Part shown: positions 1 through 7,865 of the stretch, piece by piece
Numbering within the stretch: the first letter of the stretch is position 1
How the letters are laid out: each line of letters begins with the position of its first letter
Virus record (IMG/VR): IMGVR_UViG_3300017971_000177
DNA: 29,432 bases
Direction: 5' to 3' (one strand)
Source of the DNA: a virus
Made by a program: the position numbers and the translations under genes
Notes under the pieces: model-generated
Database searches by the model: none
The model's input: only the letters and a program-made list of their open reading frames with translations
Told to the model about the DNA's origin: nothing

Positions 1-31
1 AATACGACAGTTACACCTTTGCTGATGAAGC
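1..31. repeat. Terminal direct repeat, copy 1 (identical to 29402..29432); circular-assembly overlap
   Basis: aatacgacagttacacctttgctgatgaagc is present at both ends of the window. The frame of the last gene is continuous across the join. Confidence 0.95.
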
Positions 32-509
32 GGAAATGTTCACCGTTATCGAAGGTCAAGGCTACCTGATAAATGCCACTGAGGAGGGTGTATCGGGTGA
101 ATTGCAGTCCAACAATATCATCACTGATACCAATGCGGGAGAGGGGGATGCTACCTACCTTGACATGCATTGGATGGGTCAGATACCCTTAGACGACCTT
201 GAACCGCCAACGATGTCAGTTGAAGTTTATGTTACCTCAGCACGTAAGGGTAATTTCAAGATCCCGTCTAACTACAAGGTAGGTGGTCAGATGCGGAAGT
301 ATGTCAATTCACTGAATGGTTATGCGGGGGAACCAAACCTTAATGAGGAAGTCATCATTGAACCTGAAGTGTTGAACACCGTTACCACCACTTACACCAA
401 GACGCAGATACTTCAATGGATGGATGATAACGATGTGCCTAATGAATTGTATCAGGAGAGTTGGACGAAGGCGAAGTTAATCCTGGTTATCCTGGCTTGG
501 TTTGTTTGA
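1..509 (+). CDS. 3' portion of junction-spanning hypothetical late protein (173 aa in the circular molecule), hydrophobic C-terminus AKLILVILAWFV
   Basis: Frame 3 is open from base 3 to the stop at 507..509 and is contiguous with the ATG at 29389 through the terminal repeat. The ORF-track entry 36..509 is an internal Met. Confidence 0.75.
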   Translation, partial: YDSYTFADEAEMFTVIEGQGYLINATEEGVSGELQSNNIITDTNAGEGDATYLDMHWMGQIPLDDLEPPTMSVEVYVTSARKGNFKIPSNYKVGGQMRKYVNSLNGYAGEPNLNEEVIIEPEVLNTVTTTYTKTQILQWMDDNDVPNELYQESWTKAKLILVILAWFV

Positions 510-869
510 GCCTCCTTTCAGTAACTCCTCACCTGTCAAGGCAAAATAAAGGTTTTGAAGTTGGTGAACGTAATCAGCTGACGCTACAAAACAAGCGGTA
601 TCCCCGTCCTCTACCCAGTATTCAATAGTGTAACCGTTCCAACTCCAATTCTTGCTGTTAAGTATTCCAAAATCAATCAACCATTGTTCGGTTAGGGGGA
701 TGGGTATGGCTTTCCATCCGTTTGGTAGGGGATATTTATCCCGGTTTAAAACCCTGAATGTTTTATCTTTGTGTGTGATTCCGATAATAATCAATATCTC
801 ACCTGTTAACTGATCTTTAAAAAGGTTTCCTAATCTTAATTCTTTAGTTGTCGTTGTTTTATCCATCAT
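477..869 (-). CDS. Hypothetical early protein (130 aa)
   Basis: Long ORF. The track start at 872 is GTG; the first ATG is at 869, preceded by AAAGGAGGTGAT. It is the last gene of the minus-strand operon. Confidence 0.7.
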   Translation of the reverse strand: MMDKTTTTKELRLGNLFKDQLTGEILIIIGITHKDKTFRVLNRDKYPLPNGWKAIPIPLTEQWLIDFGILNSKNWSWNGYTIEYWVEDGDTACFVASADYVHQLQNLYFALTGEELLKGGSNKPSQDNQD

Positions 870-1155
870 CACCTCCTTTCAGTAATTCAATTAAATTATA
901 GTGCTTAATTAAAGCGGCAGTGTCTTTAAAGTTTCCTGTTTCATCTGGATGCTCCCATGTTCCGTCAGGATTCATATACCACCCCATCTCACCAATCCTA
1001 GTTATTGCATTTTCGAGAATTGTCGCTTGATGACCATTCACATGCTCGGAATGAGATTCAAGTATAAGTCCTAACTTACGATTAAATTCCTCAACTGTAT
1101 AAGCGTTAGTCGAAAACAACGCATATATTTTTTCTATGGCTGTTTCCTTTGTCAT
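859..1155 (-). CDS. Hypothetical early protein (98 aa)
   Basis: ATG at 1155 forms an ATGA overlap with the stop of the upstream ORF and follows AAGGAGG. The track start at 1173 is TTG. Confidence 0.65.
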   Translation of the reverse strand: MTKETAIEKIYALFSTNAYTVEEFNRKLGLILESHSEHVNGHQATILENAITRIGEMGWYMNPDGTWEHPDETGNFKDTAALIKHYNLIELLKGGDDG

Positions 1156-1424
1156 TGTTTCCTCCTTTTCCAATACGGTACTTTACTCTTCATTATTTTA
1201 TTGTGTTTACGCCTGTTGGCTTTCCTTAACTCGTGCCGGTCATCCAGGTCCTTTACTACGTGGTCCAGGTACCTGCTATCATATAGCAGTTCGACCTCAT
1301 TCATTATATCCCCACTGTGCTGCTTCTCGTACTGATCGATCGCCCAGTCCACAAGCGGCATGATATCAGTCGAGGGGTAATGCTCCAGATATGATACAAC
1401 TACTGATGTTATTTGTTTGATCAT
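1152..1424 (-). CDS. Hypothetical early protein (90 aa), basic C-terminus
   Basis: ATG-initiated ORF in the operon, translationally coupled to the next gene. Confidence 0.6.
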   Translation of the reverse strand: MIKQITSVVVSYLEHYPSTDIMPLVDWAIDQYEKQHSGDIMNEVELLYDSRYLDHVVKDLDDRHELRKANRRKHNKIMKSKVPYWKRRKQ

Positions 1425-1471
1425 TTTATTTCCTTATAAGTGAAGTCTACATATTCAACGTTATACTTATT

Positions 1472-1588
1472 TTAATATTGGGCTCTGATGGCTTCAATTT
1501 GTTCAATGTGATCTAGCACAATCTTCTCCGGAAAATCAATTCTAGCGCCGTTTCTGGTCAATCTGATGCGTTCTATTATTATCCCCAT
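1472..1588 (-). CDS. Possible 38-aa micro-ORF (MGIIIERIRLTRNGARIDFPEKIVLDHIEQIEAIRAQY)
   Basis: ATG at 1588 overlaps the end of the VRR-NUC gene, and the ORF fills an otherwise empty 150-bp gap. It is below the ORF-track length cutoff. Confidence 0.3.
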   Translation of the reverse strand: MGIIIERIRLTRNGARIDFPEKIVLDHIEQIEAIRAQY

Positions 1589-2058
1589 AATGGCAAAATA
1601 TCATCAAGAGTTTTTACTATAATATATTTGAACCCACGGCTCTCTACTTTCTTTTGAAACTTGATCTGCCTTTCACTTTGCCGGTCCGACTTAGAGAACT
1701 TTACCTCTATGTATACTGCACCAACATAACCAGGGATAGATGCGATCAGATCAGACGTGCCTACTTCGGTTGTGCCTGGTATCCATTTATCCTCGATCAG
1801 AGTACGTTCATGACCCAGGACATCTTTGACCTTTGACTTATTTACAAGTCTTCTGCCTGATGTAGTTACTTTCGTACAGATTCCACCCTTAAGCTCAATG
1901 AATTCACTTATTAGTGATTCGAGTTGAGCCGCAGACTTAGGTTTTTTTACATTAAATTCCTGGAGGAAGTACTTATGCGGTTCTTTCCCAGTTCGCGCCC
2001 GGTGTCGGTCTAATCTTAGGGACTTCAAGATTTCGTTTGCGTTTGATGATCCTTTCAT
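1579..2058 (-). CDS. VRR-NUC family nuclease
   Basis: GTSDLIASIPGYVGAVYIEVKFSKSDRQSERQIKFQKKVESRGFKYIIV carries the D...E-V-K...Q signature of VRR-NUC / PD-(D/E)XK nucleases. The only in-frame ATG is at 2058. Confidence 0.75.
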   Translation of the reverse strand: MKGSSNANEILKSLRLDRHRARTGKEPHKYFLQEFNVKKPKSAAQLESLISEFIELKGGICTKVTTSGRRLVNKSKVKDVLGHERTLIEDKWIPGTTEVGTSDLIASIPGYVGAVYIEVKFSKSDRQSERQIKFQKKVESRGFKYIIVKTLDDILPLWG

Positions 2059-2209
2059 AATTTGTACTAAATGTTAAGTAATATTCTATTTGTAAGTGAA
2101 ATATATCCCATAATTCAAGTATCTTATCACGTTGCCTTTCGTTGATAGGATAGGTTGTGTCTACCTTCATTTCATAAAGGAGCCACTTCATAACTTCTGT
2201 ATCAGTCAT
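1973..2209 (-). CDS. Hypothetical protein (78 aa)
   Basis: ATG at 2209 shares a base with the TAA of the helicase gene (TAATG). The 3' end overlaps the VRR-NUC gene by 86 nt. Confidence 0.5.
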   Translation of the reverse strand: MTDTEVMKWLLYEMKVDTTYPINERQRDKILELWDIFHLQIEYYLTFSTNYERIIKRKRNLEVPKIRPTPGANWERTA

Positions 2210-3429
2210 TAGAACGGTACGCCTCCTTCCTCATTATCTTCTATGAACATGTCCCTGGTTAATGTAAACACTCTACCAGTTTTCCAGTCAATAGATTCTT
2301 CAAAAGGTTTATATGACTGTGGTTCGCTTGCTACTAAACCGAAATCATCCTTTAATACTTTACGGATATAATTGATACTTATTTGATTGTTGTAATGAAA
2401 CCATTTTTCCTTAATATCCTTTGGTATAACTTTTAATTCATATTCATTATTATTACTAAACCAATCAACTATCAACTCGTTTAGTTCTTTATATAAACCT
2501 GACCTAGATGCTTCCTTAACCTGGTCCAGATACTCGTTTCTTAATTGATCAGGTGTGAAAACCATTCGATCATGAGAGTAATCTATTTCGGGCATATTTT
2601 TAAGATAGTATAATAAATAAGGTATTTCTTTTATTAAATCCTTTTCTATGTTATGATTCTTAATCCTTGGTTTATTAAGTTTCCTGATCCAAAACCTGAT
2701 CTCTTCCTGTTCAATCCTCATGAAGTCGCTTTCGTTATTAGTGGCCATCACTATTTTACCATAAAAGTCTATTTTCCTTGGTTCAACAAACTTCATGTGT
2801 AAAGTAATATGTTTAGCAGTGGCTAACGCTTTAATCTTTTCAACTGCAGATTTACGCTCAATTATTGTTTCGTCTATCCCTATTATATTAGCTCCTGCAT
2901 AATCACCATTAAAAGTGCTTCCTATAGATTCAGGGTTGATCATAGCCATATTTTGCCCAAAAATAGCGTTAAGTAAATTAAGAAACGTACTTTTACCAGT
3001 TTCCCTAACTTTTGATACTAACACTAATACAGGTAATATTTGAGTTGGTTCATCGTATAAAACTTTAAGGTATTGAAAACCAAGTTTATATTGATTACCG
3101 AATACTTCCCTCATTAAAACATGAGTCCAATAGATGCCTTTATATGGCTTGTCAGGTGGTGGTTTTTCTGGTTTATATGTAAGTTCATGATATATATTAT
3201 AGTTATTACCATGCTCTAACTTATAATTGTGATGATCTGGTTGAAGAGTAAATCTATCATACTTAGGTATATTATCCTTCATATAACGTAAACCTTCATC
3301 TTGCATCAATTCCTGTCTATTCCACTTTTCTAAGTATTTTATTTTAGTACCAAACCTTTTGTGATAGTCGTAAGTTACTTTGAAATAAGTGGTTCCGACT
3401 CTTATGTAAGTTTGTTCACTTTTCTCCAT
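2209..3429 (-). CDS. SF3 (P4/D5-type) replicative helicase, possibly with an N-terminal primase-associated domain
   Basis: Walker A VRETGKSTFLNLL, Walker B NIIGIDET, motif C IVMATNN. The size and architecture are typical of phage D5/P4-like NTPases. Confidence 0.75.
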   Translation of the reverse strand: MEKSEQTYIRVGTTYFKVTYDYHKRFGTKIKYLEKWNRQELMQDEGLRYMKDNIPKYDRFTLQPDHHNYKLEHGNNYNIYHELTYKPEKPPPDKPYKGIYWTHVLMREVFGNQYKLGFQYLKVLYDEPTQILPVLVLVSKVRETGKSTFLNLLNAIFGQNMAMINPESIGSTFNGDYAGANIIGIDETIIERKSAVEKIKALATAKHITLHMKFVEPRKIDFYGKIVMATNNESDFMRIEQEEIRFWIRKLNKPRIKNHNIEKDLIKEIPYLLYYLKNMPEIDYSHDRMVFTPDQLRNEYLDQVKEASRSGLYKELNELIVDWFSNNNEYELKVIPKDIKEKWFHYNNQISINYIRKVLKDDFGLVASEPQSYKPFEESIDWKTGRVFTLTRDMFIEDNEEGGVPF

Positions 3430-3668
3430 GGATCAAGTCCCCTCCTTACGAACTGCTTATTAATATTACTAATCAACTTCATGTTATTGTACTGAGACTC
3501 AATGAGTTGGAGCCTTTGTTGAAGGAGCATGATTGTGACCTGGGAGTTATTCCAGGTCACGCTCATTTGTAAGTTATCCATTTCGATCTGATCAACATAC
3601 GCCTCAATCTGATCAAGGTAATCATGTTGACGGTCGAACGCAAGGGATTCGCGGAGGTCGTTAAACAT
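3402..3668 (-). CDS. Hypothetical protein (88 aa), predicted coiled coil
   Basis: The ATG at 3668 overlaps the upstream stop by 8 nt. The track start at 3704 is TTG. Confidence 0.55.
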   Translation of the reverse strand: MFNDLRESLAFDRQHDYLDQIEAYVDQIEMDNLQMSVTWNNSQVTIMLLQQRLQLIESQYNNMKLISNINKQFVRRGLDPWRKVNKLT

Positions 3669-4041
3669 TGTCGAATAACTCAGGTTGATCCTTTTCTTGA
3701 ACAACAGGTTCCCATGCCCATAACCCTGTTACACAAACATTACCTGTGTCGATCGGGTGAGGTAAATCAGGGTGCCATCGTCCATTACAATACGCCCTGT
3801 CATCTTTGTTACAATGGAATTTTTGCCACTCTTTAATGTTGTTGCCACCTATATATAGGCTTACTTTATCTCCTTCTTTAAGCTCTCTACCTATTAACTT
3901 AGATAGTTTACTCGTCCTTGTTGATGGATTTTCACCAGTCCTGTTCATAAATAGTTCAATATATCCTATTCGTTTCTTTTCCTGGTGTTTTAATTCTACC
4001 TCTCTTATTGTTACAAGGTAAGTTTTTTCGATTGTTTTCAT
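3661..4041 (-). CDS. Hypothetical protein (126 aa), Cys/His/Trp-rich C-terminal half, coupled to the hydroxymethylase gene
   Basis: ATGA overlap with the stop of 4038..4763. No motif recognised. Confidence 0.6.
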   Translation of the reverse strand: MKTIEKTYLVTIREVELKHQEKKRIGYIELFMNRTGENPSTRTSKLSKLIGRELKEGDKVSLYIGGNNIKEWQKFHCNKDDRAYCNGRWHPDLPHPIDTGNVCVTGLWAWEPVVQEKDQPELFDNV

Positions 4042-4763
4042 GTTACTTGATTTTTATTTAACTTATTATTATACAGATGGAGATTATTAACTATATGAGT
4101 ATAGGTCCCCATCTTTAGACCTAACTCTAAGGTGATCTGTTCCTGCAACTTAGAAAAACAATAAGTATCATTCGGAAACCCGAACCACAGGTCATTGCTT
4201 CTCATCATCACAGTCATATGTAACCGGCTCTCGCGGATACTGAATTGAATGCCTAAGGTACAGATCACGTCCTTATCATTCATGTGTGCCTTATTGCCAT
4301 CGTACAGACTTATTACGGCTCTCCTTGTTTTAGGATCTTCCCGCAGTAGTTTAATTACTCCAGGTAGTTGATCTTTCCACCAGTAACCATAGTTGCTCAT
4401 GACGTTGCCGTCTTCGTCCCTGAGAGTATCCCACAGACTTGCACCCGCCTGGATGACTCTTGTAGGGTCCAGTGTTGCGTCCTTATACCATAACCATTCT
4501 TGTTCGGCATAAGACTTTGACCAGGCACGCCATTTGGGCAATTCTAAGCGCTTCTCTGGGCGTTTTATCAAAATCGTGGCGTTGTATATGGCTTTCGTTT
4601 TGGATTCATTAGAACCCATTAGATTGATCCATTTATAAAGCTCCTCGAACGCCTCAGATGCAGTTTCAAAAGTCCAGATACTACATTCCGGTACTGCCAA
4701 AACCACCTTCTCCTCGTTCAGTTTGAGTTGAATGGATTGACTCGTCTTCGATTGGTGTTGCAT
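4038..4763 (-). CDS. Thymidylate-synthase-fold deoxynucleotide hydroxymethylase/methylase, T4 gp42 (dCMP hydroxymethylase)-like
   Basis: Motifs seen: EQEWLWYK, SNYGYWW, DPKTRRAVISLYD, catalytic Cys in DVICTLGIQF, MMRSNDLWFGFPND and NNLHLYNN. Asp occupies the position of ThyA Asn177 / T4 gp42 Asp179. Confidence 0.8.
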   Translation of the reverse strand: MQHQSKTSQSIQLKLNEEKVVLAVPECSIWTFETASEAFEELYKWINLMGSNESKTKAIYNATILIKRPEKRLELPKWRAWSKSYAEQEWLWYKDATLDPTRVIQAGASLWDTLRDEDGNVMSNYGYWWKDQLPGVIKLLREDPKTRRAVISLYDGNKAHMNDKDVICTLGIQFSIRESRLHMTVMMRSNDLWFGFPNDTYCFSKLQEQITLELGLKMGTYTHIVNNLHLYNNKLNKNQVT

Positions 4764-5169
4764 AATTCACTGGTGTTAAGATAAACTGAATGATTTTCTG
4801 ACCTGCGTATATATCGATCCAGTGCGGACTGACGTTAGTCAGGTGTATGTGAATTTCTCCCTGGTAGTCTTCATCGATTACCTGGGCACCTACGTATAGT
4901 TTATACCTGGTGGCGATCCCGGACTTGTTAAAGGCGATCAAAGCGTGTCCTGGTGGTATTTCTACCTTGATCCCGGACGGTATGTTGACGCCCTCGTGTG
5001 GACCCAACCGGACTGTCTTCGAGTCAAGTCTCATTGATAGGTGTTCGTTCTTGTCCAGGAACTTCTTAATGAAGTTATCCGTGAACTCAGGTATAAAAAA
5101 GTCGATACCTGCCGACTGTGGTGTGCCCCGTTCAGGGGACTTAACTTTTAAGGTTTTTTTGTATTTCAT
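4681..5169 (-). CDS. dut: Trimeric dUTPase-fold nucleotide pyrophosphatase (dUTPase, possibly also dCTPase)
   Basis: All five dUTPase motifs are present: SAGIDF, NKSGIA, VIDEDYQGEIHIHL, GQKIIQF and ERGEGGFGSTG. Confidence 0.85.
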   Translation of the reverse strand: MKYKKTLKVKSPERGTPQSAGIDFFIPEFTDNFIKKFLDKNEHLSMRLDSKTVRLGPHEGVNIPSGIKVEIPPGHALIAFNKSGIATRYKLYVGAQVIDEDYQGEIHIHLTNVSPHWIDIYAGQKIIQFILTPVNYATPIEDESIHSTQTERGEGGFGSTGM

Positions 5170-5170
5170 A

Positions 5171-6133
5171 TTATAATAATATTAACTCGTTTATATCTAC
5201 TACTGTCATGCTTGTATCGATCACGGGTCTTGCTGACTGGATAGTGTCATGAGCCATTTTACTGATCCACTCACCTGCGGCCGGTTGTACTGCCTGACCC
5301 ATCTGAGCAGCCCAGGTCTTAGGGTTGCCTTTGAACTCGTACGTGTCAGGATAGGTTCCTATACGTTTGAGCTCGTTGATCCCTAGCCACCGGTTTTCAG
5401 TCGGATGAATCTTACCATATCCCATAAGTACATTTGAAGGTTTATCAAAATCCATCCTGTAAATACCCAATGAAGGGTGCCTTGGTTCAATCTCTTTGTC
5501 CCAGACTTTAGTCATGTTCTGTCCTGGAAGTAGTTGATCTCCGAACAGGTCCAGGTGAGACTGGCACGTTCTTGAGTATATGTCCTGCCGTCCAGGGTGT
5601 GGTACGTCCTTAATGACATCACCGACGGTGAACGGCCTGGATATAGTGCTCCACTCCAGTTCATATTGACTTAAGATAATAAACACTCGCTTACGGTTCT
5701 GAGGAACTCCCAGATACTTGGTGTTGTGTTTGAACAGGGTCATCTTGTAACCCTCTTGTTGATACTTATCCAGTAACCATTTACCTTTTTTTAATATCCC
5801 CATGACTGATTCTGACACGAATACCTTAGGTTGGTAGTGCCTTATCAAATGAATACCTAAGTAATGATGACTAAAACGTGGGTCGTTCTCCTTTTTGTTG
5901 GAGTTAGCCACTGAGAACATAGCACAGGGTGGATTGCCAAAGATATAGTCGATCTGACCGTAGTCATTGAACTCCCAAAGGTCCTTAAATACTATGTGTT
6001 CTACAAGTGGGTGGTTTGCCTTGAACGTCTCTGTGTAGTTATGTTCAGGCTCATAATTAGCGAGAACGTCGAAGTGCCATTGTGCTCCTTCGACGAACCC
6101 GCCTGCGTAAGTACAGAATGATATCGCTCTCAT
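5171..6133 (-). CDS. DNA (cytosine-5)-methyltransferase
   Basis: Motif I FCTYAGGF, motif IV GNPPCAMFS, motif VI ESV (ENV-like), motif VIII PQNRKRVFI, motif IX RWLGINELKRIGTYPDTYEF, motif X GQAVQP. Confidence 0.85.
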   Translation of the reverse strand: MRAISFCTYAGGFVEGAQWHFDVLANYEPEHNYTETFKANHPLVEHIVFKDLWEFNDYGQIDYIFGNPPCAMFSVANSNKKENDPRFSHHYLGIHLIRHYQPKVFVSESVMGILKKGKWLLDKYQQEGYKMTLFKHNTKYLGVPQNRKRVFIILSQYELEWSTISRPFTVGDVIKDVPHPGRQDIYSRTCQSHLDLFGDQLLPGQNMTKVWDKEIEPRHPSLGIYRMDFDKPSNVLMGYGKIHPTENRWLGINELKRIGTYPDTYEFKGNPKTWAAQMGQAVQPAAGEWISKMAHDTIQSARPVIDTSMTVVDINELILL

Positions 6134-6381
6134 ATATCCTCATCTCCCATTATCCTGTCTTCATACTCCTGGTCAAGGTAAAAATCTTCCGGAGGGTTAA
6201 ACCAACTTTCCAATACTGAAATCAGATTATAGTAATCACCTGATGTTGCTTTTTCTAACTCTTCGTTGATCTCATCCTGTGTCCAGCCGTTAGCCATGGC
6301 TTGCTGTTGAAAGTACCCCATAAGGGCAAAGGCATTTCCATCCTGTCCCACTAAGGTACCTGTCATTTTAACTTTTGTCAT
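6130..6381 (-). CDS. Hypothetical small acidic protein (83 aa)
   Basis: ATG-initiated ORF that overlaps both neighbouring genes within the operon. Confidence 0.6.
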   Translation of the reverse strand: MTKVKMTGTLVGQDGNAFALMGYFQQQAMANGWTQDEINEELEKATSGDYYNLISVLESWFNPPEDFYLDQEYEDRIMGDEDI

Positions 6382-6667
6382 CTTTACTATTATTTAATTG
6401 TTCCCTATAATCGTTCCACTGTGCTATATAACCTACTGCATCGAACAGGTTATCTTCTTTATGGTGATATGCCTCCCTGGATAGTTTTAAGGCAATGATG
6501 CTCATATAAACCATATCAGGGTGCTTAGCTTCGTCATACTCTTCGTCCATGAGGCCGGCCAGGAGCTTCCCTGCCTGCTTCATGTTACGTTGGTAGGGAC
6601 CATACATGCGGTCCTTCTCTTCAGATCGCTCATAGGCGACCTTGTGTTGCTCTAACAGTATACTCAT
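6368..6667 (-). CDS. Hypothetical protein (99 aa); possibly a small all-alpha NTP-pyrophosphatase-like protein
   Basis: The pattern R-M-YGP...IALKLSRE...D-AVGY resembles a small phage family I associate with MazG-like folds. That assignment is not verifiable here. ATGA coupling to the upstream gene. Confidence 0.55.
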   Translation of the reverse strand: MSILLEQHKVAYERSEEKDRMYGPYQRNMKQAGKLLAGLMDEEYDEAKHPDMVYMSIIALKLSREAYHHKEDNLFDAVGYIAQWNDYREQLNNSKDDKS

Positions 6668-7143
6668 GATTGTTCTATACTCCAGGTGATCTTCACATTA
6701 ACATTTAAGTTCAGGTTCTTGGTGATCGTCTCAGTGATCGCCTGCTGGAACGCGTTCACCAGTTCAGGGCTGACCTGTTCGGGTGACTTCTTAGGCACGG
6801 GCTGCTTAGCCAGGGAATCGTTGAGCTTCTTCTGTTTAGCCTTATTATCTTTCCTAGTCTGTTCCCTTTCACGCCAGTACTCACGCTCACGGTCGATCAA
6901 CTGGTCTGCCAACTTGAACAACTTGACATCGTTCTTACTGTAGTACGTTTCCCACACACCAGGGCGAACCTGTTTAATCTTGTCCCAATCTTCCAGCCAG
7001 TTGAGCGTCATGACATTCACCTTACGGGCTGAGCAATACTGAGACTTCATGATCCTCTTACCGTGCTCTACGTCGCTGTGAAACTCGTTCAGGAACCCTA
7101 CGAGCTTAGTCTGTTTATCTACCTTTTCATTGGTGTCATTCAT
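6664..7143 (-). CDS. Hypothetical protein (159 aa) with a basic, Lys-rich central segment
   Basis: The ATG at 7143 overlaps the exonuclease stop by 8 nt. The track start at 7161 is TTG. Confidence 0.6.
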   Translation of the reverse strand: MNDTNEKVDKQTKLVGFLNEFHSDVEHGKRIMKSQYCSARKVNVMTLNWLEDWDKIKQVRPGVWETYYSKNDVKLFKLADQLIDREREYWREREQTRKDNKAKQKKLNDSLAKQPVPKKSPEQVSPELVNAFQQAITETITKNLNLNVNVKITWSIEQS

Positions 7144-7780
7144 CGTCCTGAAGTTTATCAATTATTGACTGAACTAATTCATTGAACGGTCTGAGGCGGG
7201 CTTCCATCTCACTGATGAGCTTCTCGTCCCTTTCGATGCGGTGTACCCTGGCTCTGAGATTACCATCAAACTCAGGGTGATACGTCATGAAGTCCGTCCA
7301 TTCAGCGCCTGTGATCATCATCTGGAACTGCATCTGGTAGACGTACCTGCGTTCAGGACCCTCCATGATATAGTTAATGTGGTTCGCCCACTGCGGGCAC
7401 TTGATCTCCAACAGCCCTATGATCATATCATCGCCGTTCAGTATTGTTCCGTCAGGAGTACAGCCTGACATGTTGTCTCCAGGGATGAACCCAGGCATAT
7501 CGACACTGATACCGCGTGAGGTGCTGTAGACTTCCCTGGCGTCGGCTTCGTACTCGATCCCCCATTCCATCTGCCAGGTGGTGATATCGTAGCCGGTTAT
7601 CTCACTCATATCTATGCCCATACGTTGTAACGCCAGTTCGTAGGCATACTTCTTTGCAGTCTCTCCGAAGATATCTCCGGAACGCCTCCCCTTTGTCATA
7701 AAGTCGACTGCTCTCGAGGCTGTTATTCGTCCTTGTCTCATAACTTGAAAATTATTATTAATATTACTTTGATTGTCCAT
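7136..7780 (-). CDS. YqaJ/lambda-Exo-like recombination exonuclease
   Basis: RITASRAVDF, EYEADAREVY, CTPDG, GLLEIKCPQ and YVYQMQFQMMITGAEWTDF give the PD-(D/E)XK YqaJ pattern. Confidence 0.8.
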   Translation of the reverse strand: MDNQSNINNNFQVMRQGRITASRAVDFMTKGRRSGDIFGETAKKYAYELALQRMGIDMSEITGYDITTWQMEWGIEYEADAREVYSTSRGISVDMPGFIPGDNMSGCTPDGTILNGDDMIIGLLEIKCPQWANHINYIMEGPERRYVYQMQFQMMITGAEWTDFMTYHPEFDGNLRARVHRIERDEKLISEMEARLRPFNELVQSIIDKLQDDE

Positions 7781-7865
7781 ACTACCAGGCTCATCAACAA
7801 TTCTACTAGTACCTGTATCAACCCTGCAGCCTGGTTTACAAGGCTGATGATCAACACGTAGCCAT

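Noticed and set aside
509-890. The 14-nt repeat ttactgaaaggagg (minus strand) at about 512..525 and 871..884, which looks like a perfect Shine-Dalgarno/anti-16S sequence.
   Set aside because: In both places it encodes the C-terminal peptide (E)LLKGG of consecutive small proteins. One copy may double as an SD for the next gene, but the other has no downstream gene. It is probably a shared protein tail, not a regulatory system.
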